DNA of 64,000 bases from Carcharhinus longimanus. Taxonomy: Eukaryota. The DNA is taken from NCBI GenBank assembly GCA_030264375.1, contig JASCQW010000105.1, positions 47,875,262 through 47,939,261 of the forward strand, given 5' to 3'. The position numbers and the translations under genes were made by a program. Below are positions 12,930 through 26,178 of this stretch, in pieces. The notes under the pieces are model-generated. The model worked only from the letters and a program-made list of their open reading frames with translations, did no database searches and had not been told where the DNA came from. The stretch's first letter is position 1. Each line of letters opens with the position of its first letter.

Positions 12930-13375
12930 TGCTGTCACTATTTTCAAATCACTGAGACTTTACTTACTTGTCCCATTACCACCCACTTTTGCCTTGCAAT
13001 ATGAAATTACTCTTCAGAGGGCAGTTCCCTTTATTTACAAGCTCAATTCCACTCCTAAGAGTGCTTCAGGTACAAAGTCAGAATCCAGAGTGTCAGTAGC
13101 CCTGACACTCTTCTATACACACAAGTGAGACTCCCTGATTGAGTTAATGATTGCCTACCCAATCAGGGAGTTCATCCTCCAAGAGGCCAACCTCGTGGGA
13201 CCTCGTTGCGGTCATTACACACCAATCATCCCTTTGCTTTTCACTCCTATCATAGACTTTCTCTTCTGTTCTTCTCCACTCTCCTTTCCAAGCTTACAAA
13301 CTATTACCTATGATTTGCAGTTCAGATGAAAGATCATTGAACTGATTCTATATCCATAGATATTGCCCAAACTGA
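12930..13375 (+). mobile_element. Penelope-type terminal fragment interrupted by a solo LTR
   Basis: Host sequence ccacttttgccttg...caccaatcatcccttt resumes after the insert and ends in a decayed hammerhead-like motif (cagttcagatgaaagatcattgaactga, 13318-13345). Confidence 0.55.
13002..13219 (-). mobile_element. Solo LTR, about 218 bp
   Basis: Minus strand begins TGTAATGAC and ends GTAATTTCA (TG...CA, 7/9 terminal inverted repeat); AATAAA at 13030-13035 (-); possible decayed 5-bp TSD caata/cacca. Confidence 0.65.
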
Positions 13376-13394
13376 TGCATTTTAAAAAGGAATT

Positions 13395-13880
13395 AGAAAG
13401 CTAATGTGGCCCACTGGCCTCTATTTAAGCATTGGAATTCAGAAGTGAGGAAGTGATTCTTCAGAAACCAGCCTTAACCAAGCCCTATTGTCGGAGTAAC
13501 AAAATCCATTTCCAACATTTTCCATTTTTAATCGCAGGGAATATTTATTATTTGCAGGGCAGAGAGGAAGGGAGTGACAACTCATTTATGAAATGGCACC
13601 CAGGCTTAAAAGGTTAAATTAAGAGATGAAGATGCATAAGTTTAGCATGGCATGCATTGAGAACATTGAGGTGCTTAAAGTAATAAAACAACTTGATAGT
13701 TTCACTATGTTTACCTTATCTCTGACAGGATGGGGAATTCAGATCAAGAGGGCGTGATCACAAAATAAAAGTCAGGAGTGAACTTAGAGGTGAAAACAGA
13801 AAACACTCCTGCTGCCCTGACTGAAATCAGATACTTTGACAAGGACAGGAAGGGATGAACTCTGGAATATTTCTGATGTG
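13395..13880 (+). mobile_element. Highly decayed CR1 3' fragment
   Basis: Pieces such as ggaattcagaagtgaggaagtgattcttcag and ggggaattcagatcaagagggcgtgat resemble CR1 ORF2 C-terminal sequence. Confidence 0.45.
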
Positions 13881-14854
13881 CCTGTGGTGTATGAACACGC
13901 TGAACAATGCAGAATTCCATTTTGAGAACAGAAACTTCTCAATAAATAACTTAAGTAGTTTGTAAAGAAACAGCAGCTTTGCACAATATTACAACAGTAT
14001 TGGCAAAATAGCACTTTGTAATGAAGCAGCATATACCCCAGTATAACACTGGATTTTGTGTCTAGCTCCGGACAGACAGCCAACTTATGCACAAACCCAT
14101 TTCCCATTCGTGATCAGTATAGATTGACAAATCAATTCTTCTGTTAGTGAAGTATAAGTTAACAATTATTGAGTCCTTGATTTATAAGCTAACTGATCAA
14201 GTACTTAAGTGTCTCTTTAGGTGGCTAGATTTTAAGCAGAGACTTGCAGTGTTTGATACGCTAGGGTCTGATCAACAGCACGGTGCCAAGCAGCATGGAT
14301 GTTGGGAACGTCAAATGAAATTTTCCAGTTATGTCAGATTTCCTGTGGAAATGAACTCAATTGACTGCAAAGCATTGTCAAAAGGGTTGAAGGAGATGAG
14401 AATAGGACAGTGTTGGACAGATGGTCACAAACACAAAGTCATTCCATTACTGAATGTAAATTGAAACTGTGCAAATTTCTCTGCATGGAAATTTAGCTCT
14501 TTATTTGAAAACCCATTTGACCTGGAGAGATTTCTTGCAAATTATTAGCTAAACACACTTTGTATTTTATCTTGTGACTACATTATATTACTATTACAAA
14601 GCTCAGTCTATAGTTCTGTCCTGCTGATACATGAATCATCATTAGGATTTAACCATCGGTACTGAAACGGCAGAACTGATGAATTTGATTTTCCGAGGTA
14701 AATTTAACAAGGATGAGAGAACCTCATTTTAAATGGTGGCAATATACCTATAGAATACTTAAAATAAATGCTAAAAAAATAATGATTGTAATTCAATCTG
14801 CAGGAAGTGAGGAGCAGGTTCTGATGATATTCAAAGATCACTGAGATGACTTAC

Positions 14855-15705
14855 ATAGAAACTCAAAGCAGGAGTAGGCCATCTGGCCCTTCGAGCCTGC
14901 TCCAGAATTCATCTTGATCAGGGTTGATCATCAAATTCAATATCCTGATCCCCCTTCCCCCCATATCCATTGACCCCTTTAGCCCCAAAAGCTATATCTA
15001 ATTTCTTCTTGAAATCAGACAATGCTTTAGCCTCAATTACATTCGATGACAGTGAATTCCACACATTCACCATCCTCTGGGTGAAGAAATTTCTCCTCAA
15101 TTCAGTTCTAAAAATGTTTACTCTTTATCCTCAAACTATGACCCCTCATTCTGAACTCCCCCACCATTGGGAACTTTCTTTCTGAATCTACCCTGGTTAA
15201 TTCTGTTAGAATTTTCTAAGTTTCTATGAGATCCCCTCTCACTCTTCTGATTTCCAGTGAATATAATCCTAACCAACTTAGTCTCTCCTTATATGACAGA
15301 CCTACCACCCCAGGAATCAGCCCGGTAAATCTTCACTGTGCTTCCTCTATAGCAAGGGCATTCTTCCTCAGATAAGGACACCAAAACTGCATTCAATACT
15401 CCATTTGTAGCCTCATACAATAGTAAAACATCCCTATCCCTGTACTCAAATCTTCTTGCTATGTAGGCCAACATACCATTTGCCTTCTTTACAGCCTGCT
15501 GTACCTGCACGTTTACTTTCAGCATCTGAAGCACGAGGACTCCAAGGTCTCGTTGAATATCGATCTCTCTCAATTTACGTCCATTCAAGGAATAATCTGT
15601 CTTCCTGTTATTGCTACCAAAGTGGCTAACCTCACACTTATTCACACTATACTGCATCTGCCATGCTGATACCCACACACCCTGCCTGTCCAAATCACAC
15701 TGAAT
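14855..15705 (-). mobile_element. CR1 LINE 3' fragment
   Basis: ORFs give WQMQYSVNKCEVSHFGSNNRK...QRDLGVLV...KKANGMLAYIARRFEYR and RRNFFTQRMVNVWNSL...FKKKLD, canonical CR1 RT C-terminus; 3' tail at 14855-14900. Confidence 0.95.
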
Positions 15706-15764
15706 CAGAACCGAAAGCTTAATTGAATCCAACTAATCATAAATAATAATGGTGAGCTTCACTC

Positions 15765-15960
15765 AGGGGATCAGGCAGCATCTATAGAGAGAGGAACAAG
15801 AGTTAACATTCCAGAGCAATAATCTTTCAGCGGAATTGGAAAATGCTGGTGATGAACAAATTATAAGCAACTACAAATCCAGAGAAAAGAAATGGGATGG
15901 AGTAGGTGTGGCCAGATGAGCAACGGTAACTGCAACAGTGATGGTTATAGTAACAAGATC
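15765..15960 (-). mobile_element. Penelope-type terminal fragment
   Basis: tcaggcagcatctatagagagaggaacaagagttaacattccag...ctttcagcggaa, same family as 52115-52385 and 63560-63655. Confidence 0.55.
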
Positions 15961-18579
15961 ATGCAAAGATTAGGATAAAAGATGTGCTTTGAGGTTTTGT
16001 CCTCAGCAGAAGAATCACATTCATAACGTGTGCCCTGAAGAACATCCTCAGAGAAGAAAGGAGCCATGAGGAAGATTCATATCCAAGGCAAACCTGGCCA
16101 GTTCACTCAAGTGGGTAGTATTTTCAGTCAAAACTTAAAGTTAAATGAGTTAAAGTTAGCATTAATGTTCAATTATTTAAAAAGTTGAACTTAAATGAAT
16201 TGACTGAGTTAAACTAAGTGTTGCAACTATTGTGGGTTTATGTTGAGTATTGGTATGTAAATTATTGAATGAAGAGAAAGTGTTGTTCAAGTGGAATTTG
16301 AGTCAACTCTGTCCTTTGGTTTTCACATAAGGGGAAAATATCTGGTTTAAGTTTCCAGTCGGGTAACATAGGTTTTACATTCTCTCCTCTCCTCACAACG
16401 TTTCCACCTACAGCACACAGATACAGCAATCTGAGTCACAGTGTGGGTGAAAGACAAGAATTGATCCTGCTACTTATATTAGCTTCCAGAAATGGGAGAT
16501 GTGGAACAACATTGAAACTGAGGTGCTCCGGTTACGTTGATCTGCACCAACAAATATTGACATGCTGAGCAGGCCCCAGAACGTTGGCGTTGTTCTGTTC
16601 TGAGATTACTTCAACCAGACAGCCGTGGGAGTACAGACACTGCAAATCTTCCAGAATCTGCCTTTACGGTTCATTTGAAAATCATAGTGTTCAGTAATTA
16701 AAAATGATACTTTATTAAATTTGTTCCTCATAATGGAAATGCCTGTTAATATAGAAGTTACATGAGACCGCTGCATTGCAAACTACACCAAAGGGAGTCA
16801 GCAATTACAAAATAAAACTGCCAACAATTTCTGCAGCACCAATAGAAAAATCCCATGATGTGAGGGGGATGACTGAAATATTAAACAAAATTTCAAAAAA
16901 GAACGGGGGCAGGGTGGGCGCTCATCAAGATTGTTCAAGCCATTGGAAAGCTTTAGCTGGGAAATTACTTGAAAACATAACTAGAGTGGAACTACGGGTA
17001 TTAATTTATCCTCATCAGAACAGTTGGCTAAAGGAGACCAGCTTGCTAAAAGCCGTGTAGCCGTAATCAAATTGAGCTTTTCAGGAAATGTCAACGTATT
17101 TAGTAATCCTGGATAATTATTCCTGTCAATAAGCTTCTTGTTTTTACATTATTGTTTAGATAAAGGAAGGTCTACCCAGTTAACGGAGTCATCAAGATCC
17201 TTGTATTCACAAAAAATCACATCAAGTAAATATGTCTATTTCACAAACCAGGATAGAGAAACAGCAGAGATTATTTTGCACTGTGCATCAACTGAATTCA
17301 AGAAATTGCTGCATAAATCGCAGTTACATAACAAGGAGAGATCCAGGGAGAGGACAGGAAAGCAATCTAAAAGATGTTCAAATTAAAAACTGTCCTCCAC
17401 CCATCCAACAACGCATATGAATGTCTTAATGCAGACAGTTTTCCATGCCTTGTGCCTGAAACCATCAGGTGCAAAAGAAAAAGGAACCTTTATACCTGAA
17501 GGGTCTTGTTCCAACAGCAGCCTTGATGGCTAAGGTTAGAAGTCTCCTAAAAGTTTTAGGATGGTCAACATGTTTTTTTAAAATCAAAGTATAAACAGAG
17601 AATAAAAGCACAGGGACAAAGTACAGCGCAACAGCCAATACAGAAAACTCTCTCCATGTGAGATCAGCAATGCCAAGAGAAGATGATTTTATATTTAAAG
17701 CATCCAAATGGGCAGCCTTAAAACTGGAAACCTGACACTGCCACTTTGATTTAAACTGAACTGAACCTTGCTAAATTGGTATGGTAATTTTACACTGCAA
17801 AATGTTATTCTGTTAGCTTGGTTCTACTTAATAATAATCTAATAGTAAGATATTGTACATTTGTATTGGGCAGATTTTAGTATTAAACTAATGGTGAAAC
17901 AAATGGCATTTTCAATTATTTACATGTAAACAGTACATTACATGCAGCTGAGGAGCAGATGCACAGTTAAATATGCCTTTGCATAAATGGCATCTTGCTG
18001 TGCGTCTGGTTCACCATTGAAATACAATGAATGACATGAAGTTGTATTTATGCAATAGATACACACTGAACCAGATATTGAAACTTAGGCACCCACCATC
18101 AAATCAAATTCTATGGCACTGAAAAGGAACTAGTCTTATATGCAGTCTCATTTCTATAGGTATTAATTGTTGTTGGAGATTTTACATTTAAAAATACCAC
18201 TTTTCTGTTGTTCTATTTCCTTCATCTATTCTTTCATTCAATCTCTTTCTTTCCTTTTCTATATCTGATTTGGATTTAATTCACTCAAATTCATTCACCC
18301 TTCTCAGTCCTTGTGCTATTAATCTCAGAATCATTCAAAGGAGATACACGGTTCCTTGATCCATTCACTCAGGTCCCAGACTTTCAGGTCACTTTGCTGC
18401 AACATCAGCAGCTGACTATGTTGGTCACTTGTAAAACAATACTATCACTCAAAACCATTGGCGATAATGCAATGGTAAAAATTTAATTGAACAATGAGAA
18501 ACCCAAGGGAGATGATAACAACATTCATGGCATGGTTAAGGCAGTTAACTGATCAAGGTAAATTCAGATTGACACAACA

Positions 18580-20570
18580 ATGTGCTAAGAGATAGGTTAG
18601 TTTGTGGTGTGAATAATCTAACCATACAAAAAAAAACTATAAGCAGAGACAGAAATTACTTTGACTGGAGTATCAGAGTTGTTCAGACTACAGAAAGCAC
18701 CAAAAAATGGTGCAGCAAAGTTGCAAAACATGTAACTAGGCAAGGTCAACCAACTTTGGTGGGAAACCTCAGGAAATCATGGCACTAGAGATGAGGGCAC
18801 TGAAAGTCATGAGCCTAAGAGCAGTGAGCAAGACAGGGCACACAGAAACAGAAAGCCAGGTCGGCAGACCAAGAACTTAGCAGAATGCTACTGGTGCTGC
18901 AGAGGGGACCCCAGGAAAGACATAAATTTAAAGCTGTTACATGTTTTACCTGTAACAGAAGGGAGCATATCTTAATGAGTCAAGCAAAGCCTATCATGGG
19001 CAAACAAAAACAAAATCTATCACTCTGCTGCATAGTTAGAAAATGACTTTGAAGGAGAATCTGAAATTTAAAGATCAAACAATATTAAAGCAAGCAGGTC
19101 AGCCCCAATTGTAATTGTGTTAATGGTAAATGGTTGGCCACAAAGAATGGAGATAAATACAGGAGCCTCTTCCACCATCATAGGAGAGCAGATGTACTGG
19201 TATTTGCAGGATGGGGTCCACCTCTAGAATTCAAAGCACAGCATATATACTGGAGAAGCCTGAAAGGTACCAAAGATAACAAAGACAGCTACGTCAGGCT
19301 CCTATTTATTGACTACAGCTCATCCTTCAACACCATTATTCCCACAAAACTCATCTCCTGGCCTGGGCCTCGGCACCTCCCTTGCAACTGGATACTGAAC
19401 TTCCTAACTGTCAGACCACGATCATCCTCGACACCAGTGCCCACAAAGCTGTGTCCTCAGCCCCTTACTATACTCCTTATACACCTATGACTGTGTGGCC
19501 AAATTCCCCTCCAATTCGATTGTCATGTTTGCTGACGACACCATGTAGTGACAAGACAGAGTACAGGAATGAGATAGAGAATCTGGTGAACTGATGTGGC
19601 AACAATAATCTCTCCCTCAATGTCAACAAAATGAAGGAGACCTTCATCAATTTCAGGAAGCTTAATGGAGAACATGCCCCTGTCTACATTAACAGGGACA
19701 AGTAAAAAGGGTTGAAAGCTTCAAGTTTTTAGGCATCCAGATCACCAACAATCTGTCCTGGTCCCCCTCATGCTAACACTATAGTTAAGAAAGCCCACCA
19801 ACGCCTCTACTTTCTCAGAAGACTAAGGAAATTTGGCATGTCAACTCTCATCAATTTTTACAGATGTACCATGGAAAGCATTCTTTCTGATTGTATCACA
19901 GCTTGGTATGGGTCTGCTCTGCCCAAGACTGCAAGGAACCACAAAAGGTTGTGAATGCAGCCCAATCCATCACGCAAACCAGCCTCCTATCCATTGATTC
20001 TGTCTACACTTCCTGCTGCCTCGGCAAAATTAAGGTCCCCATGCACCCCGGACATTCTCTCTTCCACCTTCTTCCATTGGTAAAGAAGTTACAAAAGTCT
20101 GAGGTCACATACCAATCGACTCAAGAACAGCTTCTTTGCTGTTGCTATCATCCTTTTGAATGGACTTATCTTGCATTAAGTTGGTCTTTCTCTGCACCCT
20201 ATCTATGACTGTAACACTATATTCTGCACACTCTCGTTTCCTTCTCTGTGAACGGTATGCTTTGTCAGCATAGTTCGCAAGAAACAATACTTTTCATTGT
20301 ATGTTAATATATGAGACAATAATAAATCAAATCAAGATACTCAGCACCATAGCTGCACCAGTAACCTACCAACATCAATCAGCCCAGTGACTTATCATCA
20401 TGGTCAAGGGCCAAGGGTGAAGTCTCATGGGCTGAGTTTGGCTCTGTCAGATTCAATTAAATTGGTTCAAGATTTTCAACATTAATGAAGACAATTGTCA
20501 TGAAATATTAAGGAAATACCAAGACATATTTCAGAACAAACTGAGCTAGATACAGGGCATCAAGACAATG
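18580..20570 (+). mobile_element. Decayed Gypsy/Ty3 LTR-retrotransposon gag-protease fragment, split by a LINE
   Basis: LRDRLVCGVN (gag), CFTCNRREHI zinc knuckle near 18940-18972, [13 protein letters not shown] (aspartic protease DTGA changed to NTGA, 19147-19185), YTGE; resumes after 20336 with IQLNWFKIF...ILRKYQDIFQ. Confidence 0.8.
19268..20336 (+). mobile_element. Rex1/Babar-type LINE, 5'-truncated
   Basis: [26 protein letters not shown] and [31 protein letters not shown] motifs; tail gagacaataataaatcaaatcaa. Confidence 0.88.
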
Positions 20571-23002
20571 CACAGTGCTATAGCATTCCTCTCATCATAA
20601 TTGCATCTTTAGGTTTTCGCAACACCTCCTAGACATGATTATCTTATAATTCTCTTTATATCCTGTTGGGTCTTATGCAATCAACATGTGCCATCTGTTC
20701 AGAATTGAGTGCTGAACAGGCACAGAATCTAAACTCAGTTCAAGTAATTATTTAGAAACACAAGGGACAAAATTACTTCCTTGAAAAGAAATAAATAGCA
20801 ACCTGAAACTGGAAACCAAGAGTTTCTGCAGAATCCTAACTGGTCAGTACTGGGATTCTAAATGAAGCTCAAGGTTAAATCAAGAGAAAGAAGGTTTTCT
20901 AAAAAAAACTAATTGACTTTTTAGTCAGAGTACCAGTTAAGTGTCGATTTGTGCTAAATCCCTGGGTAGTTTGTGTTTCCCTTGGTGGACTTTGAAACAC
21001 ATTGAGGCTCTTCAAACGACCTTTCCAAATTCCAAGATCTCCTTTTTGCCGTTGATGCTTACAAATAGCCGCATTCAACACAAGAAACGTTCATTGTTCC
21101 GAGCATTAATAGATAGCACGTGCATAAAATTAATAAGTTATATCTGCAGTCAAAAGGATTCAGATCACACTTTCAATTTAAATTTCAGATAAAATCAATT
21201 AATATTCAATTACTTTGCAAAGAATACCATTAATCATTTGCAAAGTTTCAGTTGAGCAATAATCATGAACGTAAATTCACTGCTTCAATCAAAGTTCTGC
21301 ACAAAGTAAACAAAGCAAGAATATATCAAAAAGGATGACAACTAGCAATGCTGGAATGGCAATACTTTTTCTCCTTTTGAACTCGGGTGACAGCATTATT
21401 GTGTTTGGTGTAGTATAATCNNNNNNNNNNNNNNNNNNNNNNNNNCTATTCACCATCCATTCAAACAAATAATACCAGTGTTGAGGATTTCCATTTATCA
21501 CCCTATTCTGCCGAGACTGCCAATAAAGTGACAATTATAGGCAGTTTTGTGTTAAAAGCTCATATCTACTAGGAATTGGATCAAGTTAACATCCTGCAAT
21601 CATTAGGAAATGGAAACCAGCCCCAATAATTTATGCTGGATTTCAATACTTCACATATGAATACAAGGCGAGGATATCAGGTCAATCAAGTCTGCCACAT
21701 GCAGACACAACCCTCAACTGCATCCACCATCTCCAAACAAATTCACAAAAAAAACACTGGCTTCAGTGATCAAGCAGATCTTCGGTATATGCTGTAGCCC
21801 GTAATATTCCATGCTGAATACTAATTCAGTTAATTCACAGTTTACCCATCAGACATTTCTTGGAAGCAGCATCAATATTCATTCCCATAAGTGCACCTTG
21901 CATCTCCTACAACCCAGAGTCACATTTATAGTCAAGAAGTGCATCGCATTTCACTGAGGTAATCTGTCGTGTTTTGGACTGACATGTTAATATGGAATGA
22001 AATTGAATCTAAGCTAATATGAAGTTGCATCTTAGATAGCAAAAGGTATAACTATATTCAATTTTGGCTCAGTGCTTCAGATCTTTGGAGGGGTCTTTCA
22101 CACTAATCCAGAGCTATTTGACCATCCGAAGCCCTTCCATATCCATAGGTGGTCTTGTCTATCTTGTAATGATTGTTCATGTTTTTCATAAATTTTATTA
22201 TGTCTTGAGCTAAGATTTTGCCATTGCAAATTTAATTTTTTAGTTTTCTTCAGTTTTTAAGAGAGTCAGGCCACCAATAGGAATCCCTTGCCGCAGTCTT
22301 CTCTTATTTTTATGTAATGAACTGATAACTTTACCCGGAATCACAGCTCGGGATCCTTCCCATAAACACCAGCTACAAAAAGGGACAAAGAGAAAAGGGT
22401 GCTTTCTTCATTGATCAGATTAAAATTGCTAATTTACTGTACAAGGAATGTACAATATTAGATTATATTACCTGTTGTTAACTTTTGACGCTTTTAAAAC
22501 CTGCGATTGAAAGGTTCACTAACAATGATCAAGAGATGTGATAAATTTGGTTGCAGTCCCCAAGTTTATCCAGAGGTTGGCGCTGGTCATGTGGACTTCA
22601 GTTGAAAATTTGCAAAATACCCAGCCCTAAAAGTGGTGCAATAATCTGTCTTTTGCATGTCTTATTTTGATGCCCTCAAGATGCATCATGAGAAATCTTC
22701 AGTAAATTGGTTTGAAATGCTGCACTATCACTATCCACCAGAACCTATCAGGTCCCTCATTAGATTTGGTTGTGTAAGGTCACACCTCATAAGTACACCA
22801 TACCATTGATAAGAGAAAGATTGGAGGGGAAAACATAGGCAGAGACTGCAAGGCGGAACATAAGAATGACAAGAAATGAGGGCCCTGGTATTGCCTCAGT
22901 AATGTAATAAAAGTTTGCACGATAAGTAACAGATGAACAGAAAAATTCAATGCATGGAACCCATTGTGAAACTAACAATGAAACAAAATAAAAGCGGACG
23001 TG

Positions 23003-23095
23003 GGAAATCTGAACTAATAACAGAAAATGCTGGAAATACTGAGGTGAAGCAGCATCTGTGAAGAGGGAAACACAACATTGGTGTTTCAAATCTCC
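23003..23095 (-). mobile_element. Penelope-type terminal fragment
   Basis: gaaatctgaactaataacagaaaatgctggaaatact...gcagcatctgtgaagagggaaaca. Confidence 0.55.
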
Positions 23096-24180
23096 ACAAA
23101 CATGGGAATAGCATTGATTGGTAAACTGAAATACACCACTTCCAATCACATAAAGATTATCACATTTTAAAATAAGCCAATAACTTAAGCACTTCCATTT
23201 TTTAAAATTTTCCAGACATGAGAAAAATGCTTGATCCTCCAGAAAGCTCCAATTAGGGAATGGAATCACTGCTAGTCTTTTAGATTTTTTTACTATTTCT
23301 TTTTAAATTTCAGTGCATTGCACATTTATGGAGTCATAAATAAGACATGAAATATACCCACATCCAGAAATGTAATGTGTGCAGGCCAATTGATGACTTC
23401 ATCTGTGCTCATCCTTGTGAAAGGAATCTAAAAACTACAGCCACGCCGTGGTAATCTGATCACATTGTTTCTGGATGTCTTAGTAAACAGAGCTGCAGAA
23501 TTAATCGCACACACAAGCCCTATAATACGATTATTTCTCCCCGCCTACCCCACAACAAAGACCTGGCATACAGGACAGCCTCAATGTGCCAGCCACATTG
23601 TCACTCAGGGTACTTACTTGGAGCTTCATTGGAATTCAGCTTTCATTAATTCAAATAAGGAGATTGCAGGTTGCACACAATCATTTCCAGCTGATGATTA
23701 TATCACATGTATATTGTTGTGTAATAGGTCTGGCTCAATGAAAGTCAGCAATAACAACAAGCATTAGTGCAAACAGCTTTACCTCTTATTGAAATTAAAC
23801 AGGAGACAAAGTCTGCTGAGATTTAATCATCCTACAATGACAGCACCAGGAAGCATTATCCACACTATAAGCAGAAATAAAAGACTGCACAAATAATCTG
23901 CACATCCTGTTAATATTCTTTTATCCTCAACACATGAATGACATTTTCGCCATTCAGTGACCTGATAAATGGTTGCAATGAAAATGGGAACAGTCATTGC
24001 CTCTTAAGTCAGCAAGTTCCCTAACTCCCACTGAAAGTTTGTTGAATATTGTTGCCATTCTTTTAATAACAAACTGAAGGAATATATGGTGCGTTATTCC
24101 ACACTTCACCGACCAAAATAAATCCTTATTCCAGGGAGTTGTACATAACTGGCCTAACATCCAACAAAGTTCCTACATTG

Positions 24181-24293
24181 AAAAAGCAAAGCATTGCAGA
24201 TGTTGGAAATCTGATGAAAGGTCATTTCAAGCGGAAATGTTTTCATTTCTCTCCACAAATGCTGCTGACCTGCTGAGAAGCTGCAGCTTTTTG
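24181..24293. mobile_element. Penelope-type fragment, two orientations fused
   Basis: aaaagcaaagcattgcagatgttggaaatctga joined to ctgatgaaaggtca...ctccacaaatgctgctgacctgctgag. Confidence 0.55.
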
Positions 24294-25048
24294 NNNNNNN
24301 NNNNNNNNNNNNNNNNNNNNNNNNNNNNNNNNNNNTAGTCAGTATCCTACAAGGTGAAATATCTCATTCACTATCCTGTGACATCCTGTATTGCAAACCT
24401 CCCTATAATACCAGAAAGCACTGTTGGTTGTAAACACCGTGTTAAAAATAATGAAAGGATACATTTCTGAGGCAGTAAATCACTATAAACACATCAGTCT
24501 CAGGGTCAGCTGATGAACAAAATCACATAAGTTTTAGTTTTACAGTTTGTATCTATACAAACCTGTTAACAGAATTATTACACTAGAAATCATCCATTTG
24601 TTTAATTGTCTATTGAGTGAAGGTCTTGCTAGCGGAATGGATAACCTCACTCTGTCACTGAGCCAGAAACTCCAGATTCAAGACCCCCTCCTGGACTTGA
24701 TGGCCATAGAAGGTGTGTCCATAACACGGCCAAACAGGTGGAGTATCAACTTGTAAATCCTTCCAACACATAAATGGGAAGTGCTAACAGTAGGAGAAAT
24801 TTCTAGCCAGCCATATAATGGAAGAAATTAGAGCCTCAAATGTCACAATACAGCAGTCCAGGCTGTAAAAGTGACTGATTCAATGACTCAGACCTCAAGG
24901 GGCAGGGGTATGATAGAGGCAGCTGGATCAGAAGAAGCAGTTGGGTGAATTAAATCCAAATTCACTCAATTTGGATTTGGGTACAGAAAGGGGAAGGGAG
25001 AGATGGGACAAAAGAACAGATGAAGGAAAAAGAACAAAGGAACTCTTT

Positions 25049-25183
25049 GGGGTAATCCAGTGGGACAGTGGTTAGTACTGCTGTCTCACAGCGCCAGGAA
25101 CCCGGGTTCGATTCCTGGCTAGGGTCACTATCTGTGCGGAGTCTGCATGTTCTTCCCATGTCTGCACAGGTTTCCTCCAGGAG
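25049..25183 (+). mobile_element. V-SINE head fragment
   Basis: A-box-like gtgggacagtggttag, B box ggttcgattcc and start of the V-domain. Confidence 0.85.
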
Positions 25184-25926
25184 CTCAGACAGCAAATAGA
25201 ATCTGCATTTGCGAATGAAATGCTCGAGTGCAGCAGATTTTGGAGTGTTGAGAGTTACATAATAAATATTTGTCACCGGTGAAGGTGGTGGCACTGCTCA
25301 GCATTGCTGTGCCTGAAACAAGGACAATCATTAAATAGAAGAAAGTCATTGATATCAAAAAGATGCTAAAATGAAACTGTGCTGTACACTCTATGGCATC
25401 ATTTGTTGTGTAGACAATAAAATAAAAGGTGGTATAGTTACAACTGACAGATAACAGCACAACTCAAGATTAAAGCAAATGAAAGAATCATCTCAAAATT
25501 GCACCATATAAAAATTAGGTTCAGTAGTTACTGGTAATAGAAGTAATCAAATCAGCTATAAAATAGATGAAATGCTGCATATAAGCAAAGATGATGGTAA
25601 GATTATTCAGTTGTATTCATATCTTCACCCTCTTGTTGGAGTCATAGAAGGATTCACAGCCTGGCATGCGAGATATTGATTCCCCTGAGAGGGCATATGC
25701 TTACCATACCAGTCAACAGGGTTTGACTTTTCCGAGCTCCAATATCTCATGCAGTAAGGCTGGGGTATATCCATGCCTCTTGATACATGGAAATGGGCAC
25801 ATCTATGTAATGCACAACTTTTCATTTCCAGTCATCCACACTGTCACTTTGACAGAGTAATTCAGATGGTCTTCCCCAATTCATCTGCTCATGAAACCCA
25901 CCTTCATATTTGAATTATCTCTGGAC

Positions 25927-26099
25927 TTTTTGTAATTCATTTGTGGGACATGGGTGTCACTGCCTGGCCAGCATTTATTGTCCATCTCTAGTTGCCCTTG
26001 TTCAGAGAGCAGTTGAAAGTCAACCATGTTGCTGTGGCTCTGCAGTCACATGTAGGCCAGACCAGGTAAGAACGACAGATTTCGTTCCCTAAAGGACAT
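25927..26099 (-). mobile_element. Third tRNA-derived SINE family, 3' part
   Basis: Aligns by eye with 49162-49325 (ggccagcatttattg...gctgtggctctg...ccagacc.ggtaagaacgacagatttc). Confidence 0.8.
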
Positions 26100-26178
26100 A
26101 ATTTATTTAAATTTATTAGTGTCACAAATAGGCTCACATTAACATGCAATGAAGTTACTGTGAAAATCCCCTAATCGA
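26100..26178 (-). mobile_element. V-SINE tail fragment (Rex-type tail)
   Basis: tttattagtgtcacaaataggctcacattaacatgcaatgaagttactgtgaaaatcccct is the reverse complement of the tail at 10289-10350. Confidence 0.85.

Noticed and set aside
22335-22500. Two small minus-strand exon candidates (VLKASKVNNS / WCLWEGSRAVIP)
   Set aside because: Short, unrecognised and not extendable to a consistent gene model
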